Positions 1 to 12,673 of a stretch of 64,000 nucleotides of DNA are shown here, piece by piece. Position 1 is the stretch's first letter; every line of letters starts with the position of its first letter. The notes under the pieces are model-generated. The model did no database searches. It worked only from the letters and a program-made list of their open reading frames with translations, and was not told the DNA's origin. The DNA is taken from positions 248,001 to 312,000 of the forward strand of contig JAQGDQ010000097.1 in the NCBI GenBank assembly GCA_030141605.1, written 5' to 3'. The position numbers and the translations under genes were made by a program. This DNA is from Tubiluchus corallicola. Lineage: Eukaryota > Animalia > Priapulida.

Positions 1-732
1 TTTTAACCAAAGTTAGTGAATGCCTGTGCTACTATGGCGACGCTCAGCGCCGAATTTCAATGTTTAATTTTTGTTTCAAAAATAGTTTGGCCAAAATTCG
101 CGAATAAAAATCTTAATTGTTTCTTTTGCTCTGCTCTTTCACTTGTGCCCATTTTATAACTTAGTAAGTAAACGTTAATTTCGTACTCCCGAGTGGTAGT
201 AGTTCTATCGCAGAATCACAGCGTCTAATGGCAACCTACGCTTATGATTATGCAGCATTTGACACGAAATCATTGTAATGAAATATTTTTGCAATAATGA
301 GGCTAATAAGGCTTAATTAAAGCAGTGTAGTAGCGGCAACGCTGAAAACTCACTCCTTTTAAGATTCCTATGAGTGCCGTGGTAAGTTCGAACAGAAAAA
401 GAGTAGCAACAATTTTATTTTTCAAGGGGACGGACAAGAACTTCTGTTTGTGAAATACTGCGCAGCCTATTCACATTGAAAAAGCTCATTTGATTTGACA
501 AACCGTTGAATCAGTTGAACTGTTAATAGAGCAAATCTTTATTATCTTGTTACTTTCTTCAACTTTATAATTACTTTCCTCATCTTAATCGCTGATCGGG
601 TTGACTTAATGAATGTGCCTTGAATTTAGTAAAAACCTGTTTGGTTGGCAATGAGGGTAACAAGTAATTAACTGTATACTTTCTGTAAAAAAACGCCCAC
701 TAATTATACAAGCATAAAATTTAGCATCTTAC

Positions 733-2239
733 GTCAGGCGTGTGAACATTCAAGAACAAGCAGTCCTCATCTTGTTTATGGATATCGCTGACTGTTCGGT
801 TGTATGCATCGCTCTGCCAGCAAGCAGCGCCCTTCTTCGTACAGTCCAAGATACCATTCCAACCCTGGTGTGCTCCTACAATCTATCAGTAACAATGACG
901 TTAATTATCACTAGATCTAGACACTTCGTTTAACCTAACAATGATTAGGAATAGTGGCTCACTGAAGTCCTAATCCCAAAAATTACAGGTATGTACACAT
1001 TCGTTGAGCCACACACGTTGGAAATTAACGAACTACCATCCATTACGTCAACATAAAATGCAACGACAACGACGACAACAACTATGGCGACGCCGAAGAC
1101 AGCGGCATGTGCAACGGCAACGGCAGCAGCAACAGCAACAGCAGCAGCAGTAACAACAACAACAGCAGCAACAGCAACAGCATTATGACTTTCAAACAAT
1201 ACTTCCTGTATTTGAAGTCCGATTTGATATACAACAGGTTTGTAGGGCTTTGTGAAGTGACGAATTTTACTAGAGTTACTGAATAGTAGAATTAAATCAT
1301 TGTGTAAATCAAATTATCAATTAGTAACCGTAGGGTTTTACTATAGATTTATCATACTTTTCATTTTGTGTAATTAAGGCTTGTGTAAAACTAAAGTACT
1401 AATTTTCTTAATCTGATCTTAGAAAAGCGAACTAGTCAGCCCATAAAAATGCAATAACTGATTGTTATCACTTGCAAAACCTACTAGAACAAACTTAACG
1501 TTATTAGTTAAGTTTTAAGTGCTATTAGCAATCTGCTTAAAATGAAAACGTAAAAAAGATAAAATCATGTTATGTTTTTGTCCTTTTGGTTATATTGCAA
1601 CGTTAACAGCGGCCAAAAGGTCCAAGATTAAAGTCTGGATTGATGTGATCTTCAATCGTTACAAAACGATTCCAAAAACGTCAAAATAAACAGAAATCTG
1701 AAGGAATAACGTGCCAGAATTTTTTCTAGTTCCATCCATACTGCCTGTTTTGCGGAACAGGTGCTTGGATGGAAAGCGCACTTCTCCACGCTGCTGCTGA
1801 ATCAATCGGAAGCATTACATGCCGGCCTACTTTATAGCTGCCGCAATGCATTGCAGCATGGGAAACGGGTATCTTAAAACCTGGCTTCGGTGCAATTCAT
1901 ACCTGGAATGTGAAAGTATCTGAACAGTGATCGAAGCTCGTCTTTCGGCTTTCACCTTGTTGTTTTTCGTTTGGTCTCTGCTTTTAATTTATCGTATTCT
2001 AGAAGTGATGTTACATTAAAAAAACTACCCTACTTATTTACCTTCCAGCGATTCTCTCCAGTGGGTGGCTCTGCGTAGGGAATGTTGTAAAAAACATTCA
2101 CGAAGCTCCCATCAGAAGCATTTGTCGTCCAACCTTGCACTTGACCGCCATGACTCAGGGTCACTATGGGATTCTGGGCGTGAATAATCTTAACAAAAAG
2201 CACCACAACGAAAAAAGAAACAACAGTCATACTAGCCAT
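733..2239 (-). CDS. Type-B carboxylesterase/cholinesterase-family protein, 5' part (exons 2042..2239 and 733..882; gene continues off the left edge)
   Basis: Exon 1 reads MASMTVVSFFVVVLFVKIIHAQ (signal peptide)...GQVQG...FYNIPYAEPPTGENRWK, then donor GTAAAT. Exon 2 follows acceptor ATAG and reads IVGAHQGWNGILDCTKKGAACWQ...QDEDCLFLNVHTPD, then donor GTAAG. IPYAEPP and EDCLxLNV are carboxylesterase type-B signatures, and both junctions are phase 0. Confidence 0.9.
1060..1183. repeat. Degenerate (CAA/CAG/ACG)n trinucleotide repeat in esterase intron
   Basis: Visible run of gcaacgaca/gcagcaaca triplets. Confidence 0.8.
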
Positions 2240-2736
2240 TGTTGCCTATATCACTTTTGCAGACTTGATGCAACACTAATCCGAAACCAGAGGTGAGCCA
2301 AATCCTGCACCTAAAACTTACCTGCCGATCTACAAAGAATGTTAAGGACATAGCGTATACATTGCATTACCTATATTTGCAACGAATAAATACTAATTCT
2401 CTATCTAGGCTCTCTTGAGATACACATTTGTAACCCTTAAAGACCCGTTTTCTTTCTTCCAATAGTTGGTGTTGAGGGATATAGCTGAACGGTTAGAGTG
2501 TGTATTCAGCAGGTAGATAGCACAGTATTGCATAAAAAAAGCTGTACACCTACTACAGAAAAGTAAAACTGCCAAAATAATATATATAATAATATTATTA
2601 ATTTTTTCCATTTCTAATTTATGTGATTAGCTCACAACAGCAAAATCTTTTCAAACAGACGCTGCAAACTATGAGTGACTACTAACTTCTCCAAACTAAT
2701 AACAGGCTCCTAATAATGTTTTTAAGAAAAATGCTA

Positions 2737-2737
<1 letters not shown>

Positions 2738-2815
<78 letters not shown>

Positions 2816-3590
2816 GAAACCTTTTATTTATAAAATACATGATGTACATTCCAAATCAAACCCTCTAATTGCAGGCCACGTGTATGCTAATTATAAATAT
2901 ATAAGTTCGATATTATATGTTACAGTTACAATTATAATTACAAAACAGTTTTGCATATACAATTGAAATTTACATACAGCAGCTCGTAGCAGATTTAAAT
3001 AAAATTATTAGTAGTACCAACCATTGTAAATTAATTACATTAGTTTATTTTATAGCTAAAACTAAGTTTAATTACTAATTAGTCTATTTCTAATCAAGTG
3101 ATGTACAATTTTTAAATACAGTTTTAAAACATTTTCGTTACGTTGTCTGTATATATTTCTTATGTTTCTATTACTAGTTGGATTTTCCAAAGCTGTCCTG
3201 TGTTCAACTAATACTAGTTGGCAATAAAAAATTAAATGTTCTGGTGTTTGGATGCTACCGCATTGACATTAGTCATCGTCAACTAATTCTAACCTGTGCT
3301 TAAATGCTAGTTAGTGAAAGTCAATGTTGCTTGAAAGCTACGAGTGACCACTTGAGACTTCATCTGTGCATAAGTAGTCCACCGAAATGATTAGATTGAT
3401 GACATACCACAAACATTGGCACATTTTGCAAACACCAGACTTTCACATATTAGTCCCTTATTTAATACGTAAACAACGGCAACGATAAGAAAATTAATAT
3501 ATGCAACTTTCAGTAGTCCTATCTCCTCATGAACTAACTGGAACCGGCCTAACGTGCTAACAAATGTCTGAACAGCTTTTGAAGAATTCC
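2738..3590 (-). mobile_element. Probable decayed L2/CR1-group LINE 3' remnant ending in a (TAA)n tail
   Basis: The minus strand gives a KAV...LVHEEIGLLKVAYINFLIVAVVYVLNKGL-like segment resembling the post-RT region of L2/Crack/Daphne ORF2. AATAAA and the (TAA)n run at 2738-2815 follow it. The sequence is heavily degenerate. Confidence 0.4.
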
Positions 3591-3874
3591 GAAGTCCAGT
3601 GAAAATGAAGAGTACTAACTAATGTAAAACTTGCTAAATAAAATAGTAATATGATACATAATTAGAAATTTATGCTTATCTGTGACTACTCAGTGTGTGT
3701 GACAAATTACTAGATAAACAATCAGTTTTATTATTTCTCTTTGTACTAGGATCTTATACCTTGTACTAGGATTAATAGGATCTTACCAATGGTTATTCTG
3801 CATACCGTTGGCTTTTCTTCTTTATAGCTATGAAAGTGAAGGTAGATCATATCATCATAATTACAATATAAGTA

Positions 3875-4439
3875 TATAATAATACAAAAAATTACAACAA
3901 AAGCACTCAAGAAGGATGAGGGGATGAAGTAAAACCATCAGCTTGTTCAAAAAAGGTTTAAACTGGCAGCTATCAAAAGTTACGACTGCAACAATTGATA
4001 ACTTTAAAAATAGTGTGCCAACCAATTACTGTAAAATTTAATTTTAGATGTAGTTTTATTAAATAGGCCCTAATGTAATTTGCAATTTTAGACATTAAAT
4101 AATTTTAGAAGTGAAATCGAATTTAATACAATATAATGCATAGTGATATATATATACTGTAGTGTAATATGCATGTGTAATATATGTACATGATATATGC
4201 ATAAATAAATAAATATATATATATATATATGGGGGGGGGGTGAGGGTGTGTGTGTGCGCGTGTGTTTGTGTGTGATGTAATGTGTAATGTAATGTAGAAC
4301 CTATAACTGTAGAGAGCAAAGTCAAAAATTAGTTTTATAAATACAATAACGATAACTAAAAGGGAAAGTAAAATACAAGTTTTTACTTCATCCTCTCCTT
4401 TTCTTGAGTGTTTTATATTGTAACTTTATTGTTTTATAT
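3875..4439. mobile_element. Element bounded by ~60-bp imperfect inverted repeats (MITE-like)
   Basis: 3875-3934 (..cactcaagaaggatgaggggatgaagtaaaa) is the approximate reverse complement of 4381-4439 (ttttacttcatcctctccttttcttgagtg..). No clear TSD. Confidence 0.5.
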
Positions 4440-4967
4440 GTAGAATGTATTTTCTCTTCAAATGTTTTTCACATCAGTAACATCTTTGATTGTTTGTGCA
4501 CGATACGATTACTGAGATAAGTTTTCCCATAAACTAAAGTTGAGAGGATTTAAGTCAGGGCTGTTTTCCAAGTTTTCCAAAGAAATATTAAAAGCTTAGT
4601 TCCCTTTTCACTTAAAGCAGTAAATATTTTTGGGAAAAATTCCTTTTCTTTGTTATGGGAATACAAATTTAAACATCATTCTTTTAAAAAGTTCAGCAAA
4701 AATAAAACAAAACTTAATTTACTAAACTTTAAAGTTTATTTTTGCTTAAATAAGCACAGACTAATTTTTTCCTTGCACATAAATTCAGTTAATTTTTATG
4801 CCTTTTCGACTTGTATTTTTTATTAAAGGATGCGCAGGTAATGTTTTTCTCAACGACTCAGAGAGAGATAGCCGACTTGCTAACACACTGGTCTTGCACA
4901 TATAGACCTATTTGCCCATACCTTGTTCCTATACCCTCAGTAGCTCATTACATTATATATATATATG

Positions 4968-5381
<414 letters not shown>

Positions 5382-5510
5382 ATTGTTATTTTACATTTGT
5401 CATTAGTCTTTTTGTAATTGTGGCGTATGTAAGGACAAATAAAAATGTCCATGTGATTATCTATGTTTATGTCTATTATTATTTTTTATATCTGAACCTA
5501 TATATACGTT

Positions 5511-5800
5511 TATGTCTATGTCTATGTCTATGTCTATGTCTATGTCTATGTCTATGTCTATGTCTATGTCTATGTCTATGTCTATGTCTATGTCTATGTC
5601 TATGTCTATGTCTATGTCTATGTCTATGTCTATGTCTATGTCTATGTCTATTTCTATTTCTATTTCTATTTCTATTTCCATTTCCATTTCCATTTCCATT
5701 TCCATTTCCATTTCCATTTCCATTTCTATTTCTATTTCTATTTCTATTTCTATTTTTATTTCTATGTCTATGCCTATGTCTATGTCTGTGTTTATGTTTA
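5511..5800. repeat. Compound hexamer microsatellite (ATGTCT)n-(ATTTCT)n-(ATTTCC)n-(ATTTCT)n-(ATGTCT)n
   Basis: Direct reading. A degenerate reverse-complement array (CATAGA)n lies at 6132-6315. Confidence 0.95.
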
Positions 5801-6516
5801 GGTTTATGTTTATTTGCTTTAATTTTGTTTTGTTCAGTGTTATCCAAATAAAAGCACTAACTGCAACTTTGACAACACGAAGATTTTGGTACGCGCCCGT
5901 TAAACAGATTGCACTCAATTTGGTTATAATAATGAAATTTTGTATTCGATATATAAGTATTGAAAAATAACATTGGATTCTTTCAACTATGGAATGATTT
6001 TTAAATATCATATAATGTCAAGTGCCAGATACCGAGATTTGCGTCCACAAAAATTAAAACTGTGAAGTGTGGAGCTTTGCCCTGTTAAACAAAAAAGAAA
6101 TAGGTTTTAAAACAGCTTCCCAACAAATGTTCATAGGCAGATATAGACATAGGCATGGGTATAGGCATAGACATAGACATAGGCATGGGTGTAAGGCATA
6201 GACATAGGCATAAATATAGCCATAGACACAAACACAACTATAGACATAGACATACACACAGACATAGACATTAGACAAAGACATAGACAGAGACGTAGGC
6301 ATAGACAAAGACATGTGCAAAAATATAGACTTTTTATGGTAAACATAATCGAGCACTTATTAGCGAGCAACATTTAAAAATTTAACTGCATTTTTGTAAT
6401 TATACAAGCAATAACACACGGAGCATGGGAACGAGCAGTTCGAGCATGTCGCCATTGCGATCAATGAAATGAGCTAGTAAAACAAGAGTAACTAACAAGA
6501 TTGCAAACAAAACAAG

Positions 6517-9500
6517 ATGAACAACTCTGGAGTAAAATTTAACAATTTATCTTACATTGAGCATTCTAACGTAACTGAAAAAATCAAATTATTTAGTGGA
6601 TATGATATAGCATACATTGTACTTCAGAGTATATCAACAGGTAAGTTATTCTTGGTGACTAAATAATTAGGTGATGTTGCACCTGATACCTCTAGTTGTT
6701 TATTTATTTATTACTAGCTGATTTATTGCCAGACGAGTATTTAATTTGCTGCCAGGCTAGCTTATTTGATGGCTGGCTGAGCGATATGTTGCTTGGTTTT
6801 TTTGTTAGTTAGATAGTTAGCATGGTGGTTGTTTCGTAGGTCGTTTCGACAGATTCTCTTTTCGCGAGACTGGTCTTTTTGTAGTCATTCCTCTATCAGT
6901 ACACTCATTCTTTCCTTTATGCAATCATTAATTAGTGAATCTGTTGGTCAGTTAGCCAACCAGTGGTTAATCAGTTAGTAAAGCAAACCATCATGCTGTT
7001 ATTTAGTCAATCAGTCCATCATAATTAGTAAATCAGTCACGTACTTGATTGATTTGTTCGTTTATTTGTCTTTTTGTTCCTGCATTCATCCGTCACTTGT
7101 CCATCAATTCTCTTATTTATGGGCAACGACTAACCTAAACTAATAAGGGCGTTCTTATGAGCACATATAAGTTGCAAAACAAATTCTGTCACTCACAATG
7201 TTCATTATTTTGCGCAACTTTTTATTCCGTTTCTACATGTAAATTGTTTACCTTATACTAAACAGTAGAAATAGTAAAAAAAAAATTTATTTCACGTAGG
7301 CTTGCTTTATAGCTGTTTTATGCAAGGCTTAAAACACTTACGAGAGAGGTTTCACTCACTCACTCATTCATTCATTCATTCATTCATTCATTCATTCATT
7401 CATTCATTCATTCATTCATTCATTCATTCATTCATTCATTCATTCATCCATTCATCCATCCATTCATTCATTCATTCACTCATTCTTTCTTTCTTTCCTT
7501 CCTTCCTTCCTTCATTCATTCATTCAATATTTCTTTCTTTCTTTCTTTCTGTCATTCATTCATTCATTTATTCATTCATTTGGTCTCGCGCATCTCGTTC
7601 ATATAATTAGGCTTATTTCTAGTAATGTAAACTACAATCTGAACTCTTTCGTAGAAACAGCATTTTTTTCTTTCAGGTTTTGGTTTATTCGGCAACATTC
7701 TAGTTATCAGCGCCATCATATTATCACGAATGCTACAAAATACAGCAAATATTTTCGTCTTCAATCTGGCTATAGCAGATCTCTTAGTCACAGGCTTCGT
7801 GAACTTCCTAGCTATTATAAGTATGTCAAATTTTTAGTAAACTAAGAATAAAAATTGAACGATTGATTGGAAAATTTCATTTAATTTTAGCAAATGAATA
7901 AAAAATGTATCAGTATGTTTTTGGTAAAAGAGGTGCTGCTTCTTAAGGCTATATACCAGCTGTATGTGCTACGTTAAAGCTGCCAATCCTGCTGCTGTTA
8001 CTACTACTATTGCTGCTGCTGCTGCTGCTGCTGTTGTCGGTACTGCTGCGCTACTGCCACTACTGTTGCTACTACTGTTGCTGCTGCGAGTACCGCCATT
8101 GCCATTGTTGTCATCCTGCCCCACTAAGGAATGCCTTTATTTCAGAGGTTCTATAAGTATGCATCGTTTGTCTTTTAGGTTTTATCTATCCTGAATATAT
8201 CTTGGAACACTTTGGTTTTTGTAAAACGATTGCTGTTATTTGCTATGTCGCCTGTGCAGCATCACTTTTCACACTCGGCGTGATATCTGTGAATCGACTT
8301 ACTGCAATCATATACCCACAAACTTACAAGTAAGTTGAACAACAGTATATAGGTTTTACACGTCAAATGTAGACACAGGAAAGTTCAAATGTGACTTAGG
8401 TAAGTCAAATGTAAACATAGGAATTTCGAATGTGTTTTGGTAACTCAAATGTGACTTAGGTAAGTCAAATGTAGACATAGGACATTTGACTTGACATGTG
8501 TCTACATTTGACTTACCAAAAACGCTTAAGATTTGTTGAAAACCATTGTTCACACGTTTGAATTACCTAAATCTACATTTGACGTGTAAAACCTATAATT
8601 CAATTCATTTAATTCAAACCATTGTACCATTGTACCATTGTTCATTATATCATTGTTATTATATTATAATTACCGTTATAACAGGGCTACATAGAAGCAA
8701 ATAAAAATGTTTTCTGAAAATGTGAAGCAACCACTGCAGGCATAAAATGGTCCAACTGCCAAAAAAAGGAAATGATGAGGTAAAAAACGACTTCTGTGCA
8801 AACAGAAACTATTGAAATGCACACAGAGTAAATAACACACGCGTAAAACAGCATTATAGTAACTGTAATATGGATTTTTTAGAAACGATGGTTGGAGACA
8901 TTGCCATTACAACCTCATTTTGCAGCGAATAAATCTTTCTGAATTTTGAGGTACCATGTACGACGCTTCAAAAATTACTTTCTTGTAAAACTTAGGCAGT
9001 AGATATCATACCATAAAAGTTGGTATAAGCGCATTTTCGTTCGCGCTGATTATGCCATTCTTAACTGTTTCTAGAACTTGCTTATATTTCATTTCAACAT
9101 CATTATTTTTTCGCTTCTGCCAGATTACACTTGTATTTATATTTCACTTATTTTGTGTTTGCTTCAAATTTTCTCAAAAACTCTGGTTTATTTTAGTCCT
9201 GTTGTGTTTTGACGACGACTGTAATGGCTGCCGAAAGGCATCATTAAAGTGAAATCTAAACAGTCATTACGGTGGGTTTTTTTGGCTTTTAGCCATAAGA
9301 CCCTACATCTATAAAAATTATCTTTCTCGAGTAACAAATTGCATGTGTATCTTCTTCTTATTCATGGCTTATTACATAACGTACGTTTTTGGGCTACAGT
9401 CAGAGGTGTGTGGGAGACAAATAGAGAAGTTATCTATGCCAGATAATAATGCCATTGCCAAAATAATGTTTTTTATAACTTATATAGTGTTACCATCATT

Positions 9501-10553
9501 GTCATCCATGTCATTGCATTAGTTGTACTGCCCCAGTATTGTCATCCATATCACTGTATTTGCTACAATCCCCTATCAATGGCATCGTGATCGTGATCGT
9601 CATCATCGTAATCATCATCATCATCATACACCAATTTTTGAAAGTGGAGGACGGAGCAAGTGAATCGCCAGAAGAGAACATACCTGGGTCGGGCATTCAC
9701 ATGACAGAACAGATAGCATTAATATGTTTGTTTTAATAGTTTGACGATAGACATAAGTTAAGCTGTTAAAAATTAAGGCGTTTCATTTAGTATATGCAAA
9801 GTACGTTTCACGTTGATCATGCAGTACAAATATTAAAACTTCCTTTTCAAATAAAACATCGACGTTTTTCTTTTCAGTTCTATTTTCACAAGAAAAAACT
9901 GCTTAATTCTAGCTGTCTCAACCTGGATAATATGTTTCTTGGCGAACATACCGAACAGTGTGTTTGAAAACGGCTACTACTTGGACCACCGTTTTCTCAT
10001 GTGCGTTTGGAACTGGAACGCGGTAATCAAATAATATAGAATAAAATCGATTGTGGTCATAAAAAATATAAAAATTACAAATTTATATAATAATAATTCT
10101 TTCCGGTGCGTTGTAAGTCTGGAATTTAATACGACATGCGCGCTCCTAGCTCGGTCTTTCCAACCAATTACATTAAGGGTATTGAGAAGATGATAGAAAA
10201 TAAGGCTATTACAGACAGATGACAGAACTCTCTTTAGAATCTGCATCTTCATTGCAATACACTGCATACAAAGCTTGCGTCTTGTGCATTTCAAAGGTAA
10301 TGACCGAATAAAGGATTTGGGTTGCAGCAACTTGTGATTTATATGTCCAAAATGATAAATGAGTAACACTCGATGTCTTAAGTTACTCACACAAAATGTA
10401 ACATTAAATTTGTTCTAGGTGTGGATACACAAGATACTTCAAGCTGGTATTCTCGTTGCCTTTAATGGACTGCTCATTATATATTGCTATTTCCGAATAT
10501 TTTGGCATGTTTATAAAAGCAAACAGAAGGTAAATCCTGTAATAGAGAGAGCG

Positions 10554-10651
<98 letters not shown>

Positions 10652-11845
10652 GGAGCAAGAAAAGAGAGAAAAATACTATACGTGCATTTGTTGAAATCAT
10701 TAAAAAATGTCTTCCTAGGTAAACAACATGCATTCCTTTGTGAGGAACTTTCACAGACACTTTTTTAAGGCCTAGGTCGATTTTAATTAAGTTAATATCA
10801 ATTTACAAAATGCAATTGAGGTGAAACATATCGAACAAGCAATGTTTTCTATCCGCACTAATTAACAAACAAAAACTGTCACGTGGTTTATCCGTATCAT
10901 TATATTCATGACGCAAGTGCTTTGTTGTGTGCTGGGAAAAGTGATGTTGTTTACAATTAGTGTGCCGTTAGTTACTGTTGACAAATTTGTATTGGCACAA
11001 AACCTTAACAAAGACTACACAAACATCGTACAAGTTAATTTGGCTGAATTTAGGCACCAAAACGCTCGCTACGGGTCTTCTTCAGTGGTCACAACAGGAA
11101 ACTACAATACGAAAAAACTAAACTATTAATCTACACGTTTGTAAGGCTTTCTTTCGTTGAATTTTAATGTGCTATTGATAACAACCTGAGTAATTTTATA
11201 GTAGCTTCCCCTCAAGGAAAGTAGAACAATCCTTTAAAATTTCACTGATACCATTCGGATGACAGCTGTGTTTGAACAGAGTGCTTTGTTCGTCTGAAAG
11301 CGCCACTTGCATTAAACAGTTAAGCAGTTAAACACTTAGCTAAAATAAATGGAAAAATTCTACTCTGAGTATGTGTACTTAGCATTTGCCCAATAACTGA
11401 ACGACAGGTACACTCGTTCATGTTTTAATATGTAATAATTTTTTGTGCATAGGTTTCATCTGGTAGTGACAGCAAAAGTAATAACACCGGCGGAAGAAAA
11501 GCCAAAGCAGCATTCTCACTTATGAAAACATTGTTTATCATCACCTTATGCTTTCTCATCACGTGGACACCTATGTTAGCCATGATTATTTTTGACGACT
11601 ACAACTCTTGGTCGAATCACTTTGCAAAATCAGCAGTGGCCATGGGCCACGTCAACTCTAGTCTTAACCCAATCATATACGGCGCGACGAATAAGAACTA
11701 CAGGGAAGCCTACAAGAGAGTTCTTTGTAGGAAGCTCACCGTCTCTACAGAGAGCAACAACAGCGCCTCACAGAAAACGCTAACCAAACTGTCAAAGTTG
11801 AACAATGACTCGGTGTTAAAACAACCCGAATCAATACAACCGTGA
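6517..11845 (+). CDS. GPCR-1: class A (rhodopsin-like) GPCR, melatonin-receptor-like, 355 aa; join(6517..6640,7677..7820,8179..8329,9878..10022,10419..10529,11453..11845)
   Basis: All introns are GT-AG with phases 1,1,2,0,0 and an open frame throughout. Motifs: N-terminal NxS/T sites, TM1 GNILVI, TM2 NLAIAD, TM3 C...VNRL, TM4 W..NIP, ECL2 Cys, TM5 CYFRIF, TM6 FLITWTP, TM7 GHVNSSLNPIIYG-ATNKNYREAY. Confidence 0.93.
7352..7580. repeat. (TCAT)n/(TTTC)n microsatellite in GPCR-1 intron 1
   Basis: Direct reading. Confidence 0.95.
8348..8597. mobile_element. MITE with 26-bp perfect terminal inverted repeats and ~20-bp internal subrepeats
   Basis: tataggttttacacgtcaaatgtaga (8348-8373) pairs with tctacatttgacgtgtaaaacctata (8572-8597). 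The outer TA is probably a TSD. The core tcaaatgt recurs with ~20-bp spacing. Confidence 0.85.
10543..10650 (+). repeat. (GA)n microsatellite in GPCR-1 intron 5
   Basis: Direct reading. Confidence 0.97.
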
Positions 11846-12417
11846 TTTTTAGTAGCGATCTGTGTCTTTAGAAATGTGTTTTTGCCTGAAAAAACTAACA
11901 TGTTGTCACGATATCTTATGGTATATTAGAAACTGATGATTGTTTATATTTACTGAAATCATTCTTGCTTGTCTGACAAATGACACTTTATACACCACGC
12001 AAAAGCAAAAATGTTCCAACATAGGTTGTAAAAGCAAAAAAATATTCTAACTTGTTTTTGCGAAATTTTTATATTTTTTGTTACATACCAACCGTCTAAC
12101 GGCTGATATTAGGCTTACGTCTAAACGTCAGCTATAAGCCTAATAAGACCGCTCTTGCGAAATAAATGTCCTTGCAATTTTTGGAGTTTTCGTCTGATTT
12201 GGGTAACCTATAACTGGTATGATTACAGTACTAAGTATTGGATTATTATAAATAAATTACTGAAAGATGGTGAAATTGAAAGTAAATTGAAAAGTTTATT
12301 GTATTTATAAAAGATTGTTTTGTTCACCGTGATTTATGACTTATTACTCGAATAATATTTCAATCATTCGGCAAATGATCTCTTCCAGCTGTCTGCTTAA
12401 ATTTACTGAGAATTCAG

Positions 12418-12673
12418 CTTAAAATAAAAATGACAGCCAGCACCCACTTAAGAAAAGACATGGCCTTGATTCAGGTACAACACTCTTCAACGTTTCGACA
12501 TGTTTACATGTCATTCAGTGTTGATTTTTGTATATATATTTTACATTGTGTTTTTATTTAGGCGATTGTTACGTGATCATGACATGTAAGCATGTCGAAA
12601 CGTTGTAAGTGTTGCACCTGAATAAAAGCCACGTCTTTTTTAAATCGGTACTGGCTGTGATTATTATTTTAAG
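12418..12673. mobile_element. Inverted pair of Penelope-like element pseudo-LTR fragments
   Basis: The ~95-bp arms (12418-12514 vs 12578-12673) are imperfect reverse complements. Each carries a GACATG-loop-CATGTC-GAAACGTTG hammerhead motif pointing outward, and the right arm has AATAAA downstream. Confidence 0.65.
12552..12627 (+). ncRNA. Putative minimal type I hammerhead ribozyme, G3:C8 core variant
   Basis: Core GUGAUCA (12573-12579) plus one U, stem II GACAUG/UAAG/CAUGUC, GAAA, palindromic ACGU stem III, GUU cleavage triplet (12602-12604). Helix I pairs UUAC/GUAA, CGAU/GUUG and UUUUAUUUAGG/CCUGAAUAAAA. Confidence 0.6.

Noticed and set aside
8375-8480. ~20-bp periodic repeats and ORF 8356..8553 as an array or gene
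   Set aside because: These are internal subrepeats of a TIR-bounded MITE inside an intron.
11640-11680. GPCRs as opsins
   Set aside because: Position 7.43 is His, not Lys, in all five genes.
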